Assembly (NCBI GenBank): GCA_944388585.1
Contig: CALXJI010000007.1
Coordinates: forward strand, 7,276-71,275
DNA from: an uncultured Clostridia bacterium
Lineage (GTDB): Bacteria > Bacillota > Clostridia > TANB77 > CAG-465
DNA length: 64,000 nucleotides
Reading direction: 5' to 3'
A model generated the notes under the pieces. The model was not told the origin of the DNA and ran no database searches. It worked only from the letters and a program-made list of their open reading frames with translations. The first letter of the stretch is position 1; every line of letters begins with the position of its first letter. The translations under genes were made by a program, and so were the position numbers. This document shows positions 1-11,600 of the stretch, piece after piece.

Positions 1-34
1 TTTGCTTTACAAATAATACTAATATGGTGATAGT

Positions 35-472
35 ATGAATGATGAAATTGATCTTTTAAAATATTTACTTAATAATTTAAAAATGCAACAAACATTGTTA
101 TATAAAATAATGAAAAAGAAAGAAGTAAAAGATGAAATATATAATATTATGCATTATGAAATAAATGGATATAGAAGATTTATTATTTCATTAAAAAGAA
201 TGCTACAAAATAGACTTAGAAAATATGATAAAGAGCTAAATGTTTTGTTAGGAGTTGCAAGTAGTATAAATGCTAATACAAATAGAATAGATAAAAATAG
301 TGATTATTATTTATTATTGAAGGAAAGTAGTAAAGTTAATTTAATGGATATAGAAAGGATAAAAAAAGAATATAATATAAAAAGTAAAACAATAATAAAA
401 TTAATAGATAGATTAGAAGAATTTGAAAAAGAAAATATTAATAAAATAAATACAATAATGAGTAAACAATAA
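35..472 (+). CDS. hypothetical protein (alpha-helical, K/E/N-rich)
   Basis: 145-aa ORF with no recognisable motif; it lies upstream of the rimP operon promoter. Confidence 0.4.
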   Translation: MNDEIDLLKYLLNNLKMQQTLLYKIMKKKEVKDEIYNIMHYEINGYRRFIISLKRMLQNRLRKYDKELNVLLGVASSINANTNRIDKNSDYYLLLKESSKVNLMDIERIKKEYNIKSKTIIKLIDRLEEFEKENINKINTIMSKQ

Positions 473-507
473 AATATAAGTTTACGATAAAAAAATCAAA
501 TAAAATG

Positions 508-536
508 TTGCATTTTATAAATAAATATAGTATAAT
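508..536 (+). promoter_or_regulatory. sigma-A type promoter for the rimP-nusA-infB operon
   Basis: TTGCAT at 508-513, a 17-nt spacer, then TATAAT at 531-536. Confidence 0.55.
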
Positions 537-553
537 AATATTACTGTGAACTA

Positions 554-584
554 AGGTGAGAGGGTGCTAGAGATCCTCTCACTT
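554..584 (+). promoter_or_regulatory. leader stem-loop in the rimP/nusA operon 5'UTR (possible attenuator)
   Basis: GTGAGAGG at 556-563 pairs with CCTCTCAC at 575-582 around an 11-nt loop, followed by a U-containing tract; it sits between the promoter and the rimP RBS. Confidence 0.4.
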
Positions 585-606
585 ATGTTTAGAAGCGAGG
601 TATTTA

Positions 607-1134
607 ATGAAAATTGAAAATAAAGTGGAAGAACTTATAAATCCAATTGTAAAAGATTTAGGATTTGAAATTGAATATGTGGAATTTGTAAAGGAAGGTA
701 CAAATAATGTTTTAAGAATTGTAATTGACAAGCATGGAGAAGCAATGTGGGTTGAAGACTGTGAAAAAGTAAGTAGATCGATAGAAGATGTTGTGGATAA
801 AAATATTAATCAAGAATATGTCTTAGAAGTTTCTTCGCCAGGTCTTGAAAGGCAACTGAAAAATATAAAATTATATAAAAAATATACAGGGCAAAATATA
901 CATGTTAAATTATTTACAAAAATTGAAGGAAAAAAAGAATTTGATGGCATAATAAATGATGTAGATGAAGAGCAAGAAAAAATAGTTTTAGAATTAGAAA
1001 ATAAAAATAAACTAGAATTATTATTAAAAGAAATATCTTCTGCATATACTACATATGATTTTGATACTGCTTTAAAAGGCAATACAGATAATGTAAATTT
1101 AAATAAATTAAATAAATTTAATAAGAATAATTAA
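607..1134 (+). CDS. rimP: ribosome maturation factor RimP
   Basis: Position immediately upstream of nusA; size and sequence are typical of RimP (EYVLEVSSPGLER motif); a GAGG RBS precedes the start. Confidence 0.85.
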   Translation: MKIENKVEELINPIVKDLGFEIEYVEFVKEGTNNVLRIVIDKHGEAMWVEDCEKVSRSIEDVVDKNINQEYVLEVSSPGLERQLKNIKLYKKYTGQNIHVKLFTKIEGKKEFDGIINDVDEEQEKIVLELENKNKLELLLKEISSAYTTYDFDTALKGNTDNVNLNKLNKFNKNN

Positions 1135-1147
1135 TGGGGGAAAAGAA

Positions 1148-2278
1148 ATGAAGAGTGAAAAAATTAGTTCAAAAGAATTGTTTAATGCAATTGATCAGAT
1201 CTATCAAGAAAAAGGTATAACAAAAGAATATTTAATTGATTCTTTAAAAACAGCATTAAAAGCGGCTTATAAAAAGGATTTTGAAAATACTCACAATAAT
1301 AATGGTGAAAATAGTGAAAATGAAACTAAAGTAAATGTTATAGTGCCAGAAGAAGTTGACGTAGATATAACTGAGCAAGCTATAAAGGTTTATGCAGTAA
1401 AAGAGGTTTGTGAAGAAATTTTACCAGAAGAAGTTGGTATAAAGATATCATTAGATGACGCTAAAAAAATTACAAAGAAAGCAAAAGTAGGAGACAAAAT
1501 AAAAGTAGAAGTTACTCCTAAAAATTTTGGAAGAATTGCTGCATCAACAGGTAAGCAAATATTAGTACAAAAAATTGTAGAAGCAGAAAAAGATTTAGTT
1601 TATACACAATATGCAGATAAAGTTGGACAAATAATAACTGGTACTGTTCAAAAAACCGAAAAATTTGGTGTAATTGTTGATTTAGGTAGAGTGGAAGCGT
1701 TAATACCAGCAAACGAGCAAATAAAAACTGAAAAATTACAACCTCATCAAAAGATAAAGGCATTAGTATTGAATGTTGTAAATGAATCAGGAAATTCTTT
1801 ACCAAAAATAACTTTATCAAGAAAAAGTCCAAATTTTGTAAGAAAACTATTTGAAAATGAAGTACCAGAAATAATGGATGGAATAGTTGAAATTAAAGAT
1901 ATAGCTAGAGAAGCTGGAAGTAGAACTAAAATATCAGTATGGTCAAATGATGAAAATGTAGATCCAGTTGGAAGTTTAGTAGGTAAAAAGGGAATGAGAA
2001 TTCAACCTATAATAGATGAACTAAATGGTGAAAAAATTGATGTTATACCATATAGTGATGATATACCAAGTTATATTATAAATGCTATATCACCAGCACC
2101 AATACTTGCAATAGATATTAATGATGAGGAAAAAATAGCAACAGTAGTTGTTCCAGATGATGCGTTAGTTTTTGCAATAGGAGCAGGTGGACAGAACGTT
2201 AGACTTGCAGCTATATTAACTGGATGGAAAATAGATATTAAAACTGAAACACAAATAAAAGAGAATGTCGTTGAATAG
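1148..2278 (+). CDS. nusA: transcription termination/antitermination factor NusA
   Basis: 376 aa with S1 and KH domains (GRIAASTGKQ..., GSLVGKKGMRIQ, ALVFAIGAGGQNVRLAA); conserved operon context. Confidence 0.93.
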   Translation: MKSEKISSKELFNAIDQIYQEKGITKEYLIDSLKTALKAAYKKDFENTHNNNGENSENETKVNVIVPEEVDVDITEQAIKVYAVKEVCEEILPEEVGIKISLDDAKKITKKAKVGDKIKVEVTPKNFGRIAASTGKQILVQKIVEAEKDLVYTQYADKVGQIITGTVQKTEKFGVIVDLGRVEALIPANEQIKTEKLQPHQKIKALVLNVVNESGNSLPKITLSRKSPNFVRKLFENEVPEIMDGIVEIKDIAREAGSRTKISVWSNDENVDPVGSLVGKKGMRIQPIIDELNGEKIDVIPYSDDIPSYIINAISPAPILAIDINDEEKIATVVVPDDALVFAIGAGGQNVRLAAILTGWKIDIKTETQIKENVVE

Positions 2279-2296
2279 AAAATGGTGATGGTATAA

Positions 2297-2566
2297 ATGA
2301 ATCCTATTAGATGCTGTATAGCATGTAAGAGTAGAAAGAATAAGTCTGAATTAACTAGAATAGTTATAAATGAGGATGGAAAACCAATAATAGATAGAGA
2401 ACAAAAGATAAATAGTAGAGGAATTTATATTTGCAAAGATAAAAAATGTATTGAAAATATAAAGAAAGCTATAAAAAAGAAAAAATTAAAATTAAAAATA
2501 AATATAGATGAAGATAGTTTGTTAAAATTATTAGAAGAATTGGGGGAAGAAATTTGGGAAAATTAA
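2297..2566 (+). CDS. ylxR: YlxR/DUF448 family RNA-binding protein
   Basis: 89 aa with RCCIACK...GRGIYIC motif; conserved position between nusA and infB. Confidence 0.85.
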   Translation: MNPIRCCIACKSRKNKSELTRIVINEDGKPIIDREQKINSRGIYICKDKKCIENIKKAIKKKKLKLKINIDEDSLLKLLEELGEEIWEN

Positions 2567-5475
2567 AAGTTTATGAATTAGCGAAAGAATTAGGATTATC
2601 AAATACAGAAATGCTAGAAAAAATTAAAAGTATGGGAATAGATGTTAAATCACATTTATCAACACTTGACGAAAAAGATATAGAAAAAATAAGGGGAAAT
2701 AAAAAGAAAAATAATAAAGAAGAGAAAAAGGCAGAGCAAATACATATTATTAGAAGAAATGTCAGAGTAATTAATACTAATGAAGAAGGAAAAGAAATTA
2801 ATGAAATAACAACAAATATAGCAGGAGATATTAAGAAGATTCATAAAGAAACAGGAAATGCTAATAATAGAAATAATCGTGATAATAAAAACGATACACA
2901 GCCTAGAAGCAATTATTATGATAGAAAAAGTAGATTTGCAGGAAATCGAATTAAAAATATTGTTATAACAAGAAATGGAAAGCCAGTTGAGAAAAAAGTC
3001 GAAGATAAAAAAGAAGAAGCAAAAGTAGAAAAAGAAAGTGTAAAAAATATGGAAGAAAAAGTTATCGTTAATAATAAAGTTGATACAAATAAAGCAGAAA
3101 ATAATGTTACTGAAAATAAGAATAATATTAAGAATGTAATCAGTAATAATTCAAGTATTAATACAGCTAACAACGTAAAAGAAGAATTTAATAATAAGAA
3201 TGCAAAAAATAATAAGGAAAATTATAAAAAGAGTAATTATAATTCCCAAACATCTAACCCAAATTATAATAAGAATTCTAACAATAAAGATTATGGAAAA
3301 AGAAATAATTTTAATAAGCGTGATCAACAAAATGGTGATAGACCTCAAAGAAATAATTTTAGAAAAGATCAAAAAAGAACTGGAGATAATACTTCATATC
3401 AGGTTAATAAATTTATAAAACAAGCTGAAAAAGCTCCAATAGAACAAAAAGAAACAAGAGAGTATAGTTCTGCTAATATTGATAAAGACAAAAAGAAGTA
3501 TATAGAGAAAAATACAGCTAATCTTGAGAATAGAAAAGAAAAAATAGATAAAAATAAGTTAAGAGAAGAGCATTCTAGAGTAGCTACCTCAAGATTGAGA
3601 GGAATGGAAATAAGCTCAGAAGGACTTATGGATTTATATGAAAGAGAAAGTGATTTATCTAGAAAATCATATGGTAAAAAGAAAAATAAGACTCAAAAAA
3701 CAGAAATGAAGCAAACCAAGATAATACCAATGACTGAAGTTAAGTTACCTGAAACTATGACTGTAAAGGAATTTGCAGAAGCTATAAAAAAACAAGTATC
3801 TGAAGTAATCAAAAAATTATTTTCAATGGGAATAATGGCAACTGTAAATCAAGATATAGATTTTGATACAGCATATTTAATAGCATCAGAGTTTGGTATA
3901 ACAGCAGAAAAAGAAGTTGTCGTTACAGAAGAGGATATTCTTTTTGATGATAGTGAAGATAAAGAAGAAGATTTAGTACCAAGACCTCCAATAGTTGTTG
4001 TTATGGGACACGTAGATCATGGTAAAACTTCACTTTTAGATAGACTTAGAAAGACAAATGTTGTTGAGGGAGAAGCAGGTGGTATAACACAACATATAGG
4101 TGCTTATAAAGTAAAGGTAAAAGATAGAGAAGTGTGTTTCTTAGATACGCCAGGACATGAAGCATTTACAGCAATGAGAGCAAGAGGAGCACAAATTACA
4201 GATATAGCTATAATTATTGTGGCCGCAGATGATGGAATTAAACCTCAAACAATAGAAGCTATAGATCACGCTAAGGCTGCAGGAGTATCAATTCTTGTTG
4301 CTATAAATAAAATAGATAAGCCAGGAGCAAATGTTGAAAGAGTAAAACAAGAGTTATTAGAAGTTGGATTAGTTCCAGAAGAATGGGGTGGAGATACAAT
4401 ATGTGTACCTATTTCTGCAAGAACTGGTGAAGGTATCGATACGTTACTTGAAATGTTACTATTAATAGCAGATATGAAAGATTTAAAAGCTAATCCAAAT
4501 AAGCAAGCTAAAGGTACTGTAATTGAAGCGAGATTAGATCAAAAAAGAGGAACAGTTGTTTCTATGCTTGTTCAAAGGGGCCAATTGAATGTGGGAGATA
4601 CAATTGTTGTAGGAGATATGGTATCTAAAATTCGTGCTATGAAAGACGATAAAGGAAGATCAGTAAAAAGCGCAGGACCATCTACACCAGTTGAAATACT
4701 TGGATTATCTCATGTACCTGAAACAGGTGAAGTTTTCTATGAGGTAGAAAATGAAAAAGTTGCTAAACAATTAATTGAAAAAAGAATAGCAAAACATAGA
4801 ATGGAGCTTATAAAGCAAGGAAGTAAAATTACATTAGATGATCTTTTCGGTCAAATTAAAGAAGGAAAGATTAAAGAGCTAAATATCATTATAAAAGCAG
4901 ATGTTCAAGGATCAGTTGAAGCTTTAAAAGATTCACTTTTAAAACTATCAAATGATGAAGTTAGAGTAAGAATAATACACGCTTCTACAGGTGGAATTAA
5001 AGAGTCAGATGTTACACTTGCTTCTGTATCAAATGCTATAATAATTGGATTTAATGTAAGACCGGAAAGTGCTGCTGAAGCACAAGCTAAAAAAGAAAAA
5101 GTAGATATGAGACTTTATAGCGTTATATATGATGCAATAAATGATGTGGAAACAGCACTAAAAGGTCTGATGCCTAAAAAATATAAAGAAGTATTATATG
5201 GTAGAGCAGAAGTTAGAAAAATCTTTAAAATTACAGGTGTTGGAACTGTTGCAGGATGCTATGTAAAATCTGGAAAAATAGTAAGGGGAGCAATGGTTAG
5301 ACTTGTTAGAGATTCTATAGTGTTACTTGAGATTAAAATTGATTCTTTAAAAAGAGAAAAAGACGATGTAAAAGAAGTTGCAGAAGGATATGAGTGTGGA
5401 ATAAAACTTGAAAATTATAGTGATATTAAAGAAGGCGATATATTCGAATGCTTTGTTATGGAAGAAGAAAAGTAG
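2554..5475 (+). CDS. infB: translation initiation factor IF-2, with a long N/K-rich low-complexity N-terminal region
   Basis: TTG start with a GGGGGA RBS; G-domain motifs [17 protein letters not shown] and NKID; C-terminal beta-barrels; 973 aa. Confidence 0.95.
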   Translation: MGKLKVYELAKELGLSNTEMLEKIKSMGIDVKSHLSTLDEKDIEKIRGNKKKNNKEEKKAEQIHIIRRNVRVINTNEEGKEINEITTNIAGDIKKIHKETGNANNRNNRDNKNDTQPRSNYYDRKSRFAGNRIKNIVITRNGKPVEKKVEDKKEEAKVEKESVKNMEEKVIVNNKVDTNKAENNVTENKNNIKNVISNNSSINTANNVKEEFNNKNAKNNKENYKKSNYNSQTSNPNYNKNSNNKDYGKRNNFNKRDQQNGDRPQRNNFRKDQKRTGDNTSYQVNKFIKQAEKAPIEQKETREYSSANIDKDKKKYIEKNTANLENRKEKIDKNKLREEHSRVATSRLRGMEISSEGLMDLYERESDLSRKSYGKKKNKTQKTEMKQTKIIPMTEVKLPETMTVKEFAEAIKKQVSEVIKKLFSMGIMATVNQDIDFDTAYLIASEFGITAEKEVVVTEEDILFDDSEDKEEDLVPRPPIVVVMGHVDHGKTSLLDRLRKTNVVEGEAGGITQHIGAYKVKVKDREVCFLDTPGHEAFTAMRARGAQITDIAIIIVAADDGIKPQTIEAIDHAKAAGVSILVAINKIDKPGANVERVKQELLEVGLVPEEWGGDTICVPISARTGEGIDTLLEMLLLIADMKDLKANPNKQAKGTVIEARLDQKRGTVVSMLVQRGQLNVGDTIVVGDMVSKIRAMKDDKGRSVKSAGPSTPVEILGLSHVPETGEVFYEVENEKVAKQLIEKRIAKHRMELIKQGSKITLDDLFGQIKEGKIKELNIIIKADVQGSVEALKDSLLKLSNDEVRVRIIHASTGGIKESDVTLASVSNAIIIGFNVRPESAAEAQAKKEKVDMRLYSVIYDAINDVETALKGLMPKKYKEVLYGRAEVRKIFKITGVGTVAGCYVKSGKIVRGAMVRLVRDSIVLLEIKIDSLKREKDDVKEVAEGYECGIKLENYSDIKEGDIFECFVMEEEK

Positions 5476-5485
5476 GAGGAGTATT

Positions 5486-5833
5486 ATGCAAAGACATGAA
5501 AGACTACAGCAGGACGTAAAAATAGCACTTAGTGATATAATTAGAAATGATGTTAAAGAACCATCAGTTACAGGTCTTATATCTGTAACTGATGTAAAAA
5601 TAACACCAGATCAAAAATATGCTAAAGTATATGTTAGTATTTTTGGTAAGTGTAATAAAAATAAAGTATTAGAAGCTTTGAAAAAAGCTACTGGTTTTAT
5701 AAAAATGGAACTTGGAAAGAGAGTTAGAATGAAAAATATGCCTGATATTACATTTGAACTTGATGATTCAATGGAATATGGAGCTCATATGGATAAAGTT
5801 ATAAAAGAAGTCATGGAAAAAGATAATAAATAA
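5486..5833 (+). CDS. rbfA: ribosome-binding factor A
   Basis: The ATG at 5486 is preceded by AGGAGGAG; RbfA-like sequence; conserved position after infB. Confidence 0.88.
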   Translation: MQRHERLQQDVKIALSDIIRNDVKEPSVTGLISVTDVKITPDQKYAKVYVSIFGKCNKNKVLEALKKATGFIKMELGKRVRMKNMPDITFELDDSMEYGAHMDKVIKEVMEKDNK

Positions 5834-5851
5834 AGAAATGGAGGGATTGTA

Positions 5852-6799
5852 TTGTTTAACGAAGCAATTAAGATGGTAAAGGAAGCAAATTTAATATATA
5901 TATCAGCACATATAAATCCAGATGGAGATGCTATAGGATCTACTTTTGCTGTATATTTTGCATTAAAGCAATTAGGAAAAGATGTGCATGTAGTTATGCC
6001 TTCTTATTCGGAAGTATTTGAATTTTTACCTGGAGTAGAAGATAGAGTAGATAGTATTAAGGAAGATAGTTATGATTTACTTATTGCTTTAGACTCTAGT
6101 GATCATACAAGGCTTGTTATTAGTGATGACGAATATGAAAGAGCAAAAAAAGTAATTATGCTTGATCACCATCAAATCGCAAGACCGTATGGGGATTTTA
6201 GATATATAAATGATAATAAATCTTCAGCAAGTGAAATTGCATATCTATTTATTAAAGAACTAGGTGTTGAGTTTGATTCTAATATAGCTACTTTGCTATA
6301 TACTGGAATAATGACTGATACAGGAAGTTTTAATTATTCTAATACAAGCTCAGATACACTTAGAGTTACTGCACAGCTTGTAGATTATGGTGCAAAAACA
6401 GTTGAAGTCTGTAAAAGGTTAAATGATACAATTAAAGAGTCAAAATTAAAATTATTAGCTAAATCTATAGATAATATGGAAGTTTTTTATGATGGAAAGG
6501 TAAGATATACATATGTAGATTATCTTACTATTAATGGGCTTGGAATTCATGATGAAGATGCAGAGGGTATGACTAATTATTTAAGATCAGTTGAAGGTAC
6601 AGAAGTGGCGGTATATGTTAGAGGAAAAAGTGATGGAAGTATTAAAGTAAGTATGCGTTCTAATGGAAATGTAGACATTTCTAAAATAGCTATATCGTTT
6701 GGTGGAGGTGGACATCCTAGAGCAGCAGGTTATACAATGCAAGATAATATAGATGTTGGAAAAGAGAAACTAATAAAAGCAATAGGAGAGATGTTATAA
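5852..6799 (+). CDS. nrnA: DHH/DHHA1 family phosphoesterase (bifunctional oligoribonuclease / pAp phosphatase NrnA)
   Basis: DHH motifs DGDAIGS and LDHHQ plus a DHHA1 GGGGH motif; TTG start with a GGAGGG RBS; conserved position between rbfA and truB. Confidence 0.85.
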   Translation: MFNEAIKMVKEANLIYISAHINPDGDAIGSTFAVYFALKQLGKDVHVVMPSYSEVFEFLPGVEDRVDSIKEDSYDLLIALDSSDHTRLVISDDEYERAKKVIMLDHHQIARPYGDFRYINDNKSSASEIAYLFIKELGVEFDSNIATLLYTGIMTDTGSFNYSNTSSDTLRVTAQLVDYGAKTVEVCKRLNDTIKESKLKLLAKSIDNMEVFYDGKVRYTYVDYLTINGLGIHDEDAEGMTNYLRSVEGTEVAVYVRGKSDGSIKVSMRSNGNVDISKIAISFGGGGHPRAAGYTMQDNIDVGKEKLIKAIGEML

Positions 6800-7677
6800 T
6801 GATTGTACCTCAAACAAAAAATGGTATATTAAATATAGATAAGCCACAAGGAATTACATCACATGATGTAGTAGATGCAATAAGAAAAATTTTTCCAGAT
6901 CAAAAAGTAGGACATACTGGAACACTGGATCCTTTAGCGACAGGAGTATTACCAATTTGTATTGGTGAAGCTACAAAGTTAAGTGATAATTTAACTAGTG
7001 AAATAAAAAAGTATAGTGTAAAAATGCTACTTGGAGTAGAAACAGATACTTATGATATTACTGGAAGAATAGTATTTGCTAGTGTATTTAATAAAGATGA
7101 AATTTATATAAAAGAAAGAATAAAAAGATTTATTGGAAAACAACAGCAAATGCCTCCTAAATATAGCGCTATAAAAGTCGAAGGAAAAAAGCTCTATCAA
7201 TATGCTAGAGAAAATAAGGATGTAGAAATAAAACCTAGAGATATAGAAATATATAATATAGATAATATAAAAATAGATTTAGAATCAAAAGAGGTAGCTT
7301 TTGATGTAGAGTGTTCTAAGGGTACATATGTAAGAAGTTTAGTGAATGATATTGGTAAAAAAATAGGATGTGGAGCTACAATGACTGAGCTTAGAAGAAT
7401 ACGAACAGGTAATTTTAAAATTGAAGATAGTATTCCTTTGTATGACTTTTTAAAATTAGATTACATAGATATGCTTAATAAAGTAATAACAATAGAAGAT
7501 TATTATATTGAAAATAAAAAAATAACTTTATCAGATGATGAGCTTGGAAGATTTTTAAATGGAGTAAAATTTGAAGTTCAGTCTTCTGATCAAATTGTTA
7601 GAGTATATAATAAAGGAAAATATATAGGCCTTGGAATAGTAGAAAATAAAATATTAAAAAGATTTATTATTGAATAG
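6799..7677 (+). CDS. truB: tRNA pseudouridine(55) synthase TruB
   Basis: GHTGTLDP catalytic motif with a PUA-like C-terminus; operon context. Confidence 0.92.
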   Translation: MIVPQTKNGILNIDKPQGITSHDVVDAIRKIFPDQKVGHTGTLDPLATGVLPICIGEATKLSDNLTSEIKKYSVKMLLGVETDTYDITGRIVFASVFNKDEIYIKERIKRFIGKQQQMPPKYSAIKVEGKKLYQYARENKDVEIKPRDIEIYNIDNIKIDLESKEVAFDVECSKGTYVRSLVNDIGKKIGCGATMTELRRIRTGNFKIEDSIPLYDFLKLDYIDMLNKVITIEDYYIENKKITLSDDELGRFLNGVKFEVQSSDQIVRVYNKGKYIGLGIVENKILKRFIIE

Positions 7678-7712
7678 TACATTGTATATTTATTTGTGAA
7701 TAAAAAAATAAG

Positions 7713-7745
7713 CAATGCTCATATTATATAATATGAGCATTATTT
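7713..7745. terminator. bidirectional rho-independent terminator between truB and the convergent minus-strand gene
   Basis: AATGCTCATA at 7713-7722 pairs with TATGAGCATT at 7731-7740, with A/T runs on both sides. Confidence 0.6.
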
Positions 7746-8533
7746 TAATCTTTATTTTTCTTTTTTAACTTTTTTTGAATTTTTAAATCTTCTTTAAATT
7801 TATGAAGATCTAATTTAAATTCCTCTAATTGTTTTTTAAAATCTTTGAATTCAAAATTTGGAAATGCATCTAGTAATCTTTCTATTTGAATGTTTCTTTT
7901 AGAAATCAAATTTTTTCTAAATTCACTAAGTTCTTTATATAAATAAAAATCAGATAATTTGTGTTGTAAATGATTTTGACTTTTTATTTTTTCTGCTAAA
8001 TCATATAATAAAGATAATTTCTCTTTTAGATTTAATAAAGAAATTACAGTAGAGCATGTATCTATGGTCATTATAATAAGTAATACTGTAGAAATTAATT
8101 GTATTAAATCTGATGGTATTTTTGAGATTAATGTAGATATTATAGGATGAATTCCATATAGAATTACTAAACCTAAAATTCCAAATTCTAATGTATTTAA
8201 AAGGCATATTCTACCTTTAATATTAAATTTCATATTTGAATAATCCCACCATTTAGCATTAAATATTTTTTCTAAAATAAAACTTGTTATATATTCAAGA
8301 ATTGAAGTAGCTAGCATTCCGAGTACAAATACATATATTGGAGAATAAATGAAATATCCTAAAGTATATATTACAATTAGTGCTCCAAATCCATAGATTG
8401 GACAATATGGACCAAATAAAAATCCTCTATTTGTCCATCTGCCGTCTCCTATTCTACAATATAACGTTTCTACAATCCAACCTAATACACTATATATAAA
8501 AAAATATAAAAAAAGAATAAAAAAATTATTCAT
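7745..8533 (-). CDS. PF06541-type ('putative ABC-transporter type IV') polytopic membrane protein with a C-terminal K/E-rich coiled-coil tail
   Basis: GWIVETLY...GPYCPIYGFGAL signature shared with the paralog at 36432-37043; multiple TM helices. Confidence 0.7.
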   Translation of the reverse strand: MNNFFILFLYFFIYSVLGWIVETLYCRIGDGRWTNRGFLFGPYCPIYGFGALIVIYTLGYFIYSPIYVFVLGMLATSILEYITSFILEKIFNAKWWDYSNMKFNIKGRICLLNTLEFGILGLVILYGIHPIISTLISKIPSDLIQLISTVLLIIMTIDTCSTVISLLNLKEKLSLLYDLAEKIKSQNHLQHKLSDFYLYKELSEFRKNLISKRNIQIERLLDAFPNFEFKDFKKQLEEFKLDLHKFKEDLKIQKKLKKKNKD

Positions 8534-8662
8534 TTAATCACCTTAAAATTATTATATTAAATAGAATTATAAAAGTCAAATTTAAAATTGGATAAAAATT
8601 ACTGTATAAAAAAATATCTTGGTGAAAAAATAATAATGAAATAGAAAAATGGAGGAAAATGT

Positions 8663-11600
8663 ATGAAAACCAAGAAAAAGATTTTTTTATTAATTTTGAT
8701 TTTTTTATTTATATTAGCTCCTAAAAATATTATAGCACTTACTTCAGGAGCTTATATGTATGATAGAATATATGTTGGTGTACCAGAACATGATGAGGAA
8801 TTTGGATATCCCGCATTTTTTTGTTGTACATTAGATGGTGAAGAAGTATATTGTATTGAAATGGGAGTTAGCTTACATAAAGCTGAATACGCTGAATATG
8901 ATTATGATGATCCAAGCATAGGCTATGCATTAGTAGCTGATCATGGATATACAGATAATGATGCAGCAAATTATCAAATTAGGCAGGCAGTTATTTGGGC
9001 TTTGCTTGGTCAAATTGATATTGAAGGAATATATGCAGGTGATTCTGGGTGTGTTAGAGCTGCTAAAAAGTTGTATTATGATGCAAAAGAATATAAGGGG
9101 ACAGTTGAAAAGCCAAAAGTCTCAACAAGTTCTATAGAATTTGAAATAGATGGAAGTGAGTATGTATCAAATGCAATATCAGTTAGTAAATCAGAAGGAA
9201 ATGAATATTATGATATTAATTTAGGTGGATTCCCAGATGGAACCTATATTACAGATATGGATGGAGACAAAATGCAAACGGATGATATAACTTGGAATAG
9301 TGAATTCCAAATTAGGATTCCTCTTGAAGTTATAAAATATGATATAACAAATATAAACATGAAAGTAACAAGTACAGGAACTGTATATAATACCACTAAA
9401 GCATATCATGCACCAAAAGATGAAGCTTCACAAGAAGTACTATCTTCAAAGGCTGAATCTTCTAAAAAAACTAGTTCTGTATCATTTAAATTAGTTAAGC
9501 CAATAAAAGCGCAAGGAAGTTTAGAAGTTAAAAAATTAGATGAATATGGTAAAACAATAGCAGGAACTGTATTTAAAATAACTAATGGAACTGAAACTTT
9601 TACACAAAGTACAGGATCTGATGGTATTGCAAGATTTATAGATTTACCAGTTGGTAAGTATACTATAACTGAAACTAGTGCAACAGATGGTTATTTTAAT
9701 GATAAAGTAGATATAACAGCAAATGTAATAGCAGGACTTACAGTAAATGTAGAAAAAACGAACAAGGAAAGTAATGGAAATGTTAAAATTATAAAAAGAG
9801 ATGCTGAAACTGGAGAAATACCTCAAGGTGATGCAAAATTATCTGGAGCAGTATACAAAGTATATGCAAATGAGGATATATATGCAGCAAATAAAATAAA
9901 TAAATTATTTTCTAAAGGTGATGAGGTAGGAACATGTACTACTGGTGAAGATGGAACTACAAATTCTATACAATTACCTTTGGGAAAATATAAATATAGA
10001 GAAGTTTCAGCTTCTGAAGGATATATTTTAAATGATGAAGAAATTGAATTTACAATTGAATATGATAATCAATATGTTGAGCTCGTAGATAAGACTTTTA
10101 CTAGTAAAGAAAATGTTAAAAGAAATAGTATAGAAATTATAAAAAAATTACAAGCAACAGATTCGACTCCACAGCAAAATCTTGCTGGTGCAAAGTTTTC
10201 AGCAACTTTAAAAAGTGATAGAAGTAAAGTATACTATTCAACTGTAACAGACAATAATGGATATTGTATAATTGAAAATTTACCTTATGGAACATATGAA
10301 ATCGAAGAAGTTGAAGTACCTGTAAATGCTTTAAAAATAGAAAATTTTGATGTTTTTATAGAAGAAGATTCATCAGAAAGAGAACCATATAGATATACTA
10401 AAGAAGATGTAGCTAAAAAAATGCAAATAACAATATATAAAGAAGATAGAGAAACTGGAACAGAAACTCAAGGTGATGCAAGACTTGAAGAAGCAGAATA
10501 TACTATATATAGAGATGAGGCATTAACAGATGCTATTGAAACTGTAAAAATAAGTAAACAAGATGATGGAACATATAGTGCAAAAACTGGATATTATTTA
10601 ATAGGAAAATATTATATAAAGGAGACTAAAAGGCCTGAAGGATATTTAGCAGACGAAGAAATTCATATTATAGAACAATTAGGAGAAAATCAAACAGAGG
10701 AAATATCTTATCATGAAATTACATCTACAGAACCTGTAGAAAGGGGAAATATATATATAGTAAAATATCAAGAAAATAATACAAATGAAGGAGAAGGATC
10801 AACTACTAAACCACCTGCAACAGGAGTTGAACTTACATTGACATTAAATTCAGATCCTTCAGTTTCATATAAATCAGTAGTAAATGATATTGGATATGCA
10901 GAATTTATAGATATACCTTATGGATGGTATACGATAACTGAAACAAAAAGCTTAGAATTTGTAGACATCATGGATCCACAAGCAGTATATGTATCATATG
11001 AAGGTCAAACTCTACATTATATTGTAGAAGACCCAAGATATGAAAGAAAATTAAAAATAGTAAAAAAAGATTCTGAGACAGAAAATACAATACCGCTTGC
11101 TGGCGCAACTTTTAAAGTATGGGATGTAGCTACAAAGCAATATATTAGTCAAGTAGTAAACTATCCTACACAAACACAAATTGACGAATTTATAACATCA
11201 AATGATGGAACACTGACTTTACCAGAAGGATTAATACCTGGAGAGTATGAATTAGAAGAAGTATCAGCACCTTATGGATATGTTTTAAATACATCTAGAG
11301 TGCCGTTTACAATTGATGCGACAACTCCAGAAGAACCAGAATATATAGAACTTACAACAGTAGAATTTCCAGATACTCCTCAAAAAGCAAGGATCATAGT
11401 ATATAAAAAAGGTGAAGTTGTTACATCTTCTAAGAAAGAAGATGATATGATAAGACCTGTATATGAAGAAATGGGATTACAAGGTGTAGAATATACAATA
11501 AAAGCAGTAGAAAATATAACAACACCAGATGGATCTGTTAGAATGTATGAAGGAGATACAATCACTTTTGTAACAGATAAGGATGGAATAGGAAAATCAC

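Noticed and set aside
2659-3418. Several short ORFs antisense to, or nested in, the infB N-terminal low-complexity region
   Set aside because: Artefacts of AT-rich low-complexity sequence inside a well-supported essential gene.
5408-5485. Upstream extension of rbfA (ORF-track start at 5408)
   Set aside because: It would overlap infB by 68 nt and has no RBS. The ATG at 5486, preceded by AGGAGGAG, is the natural start.
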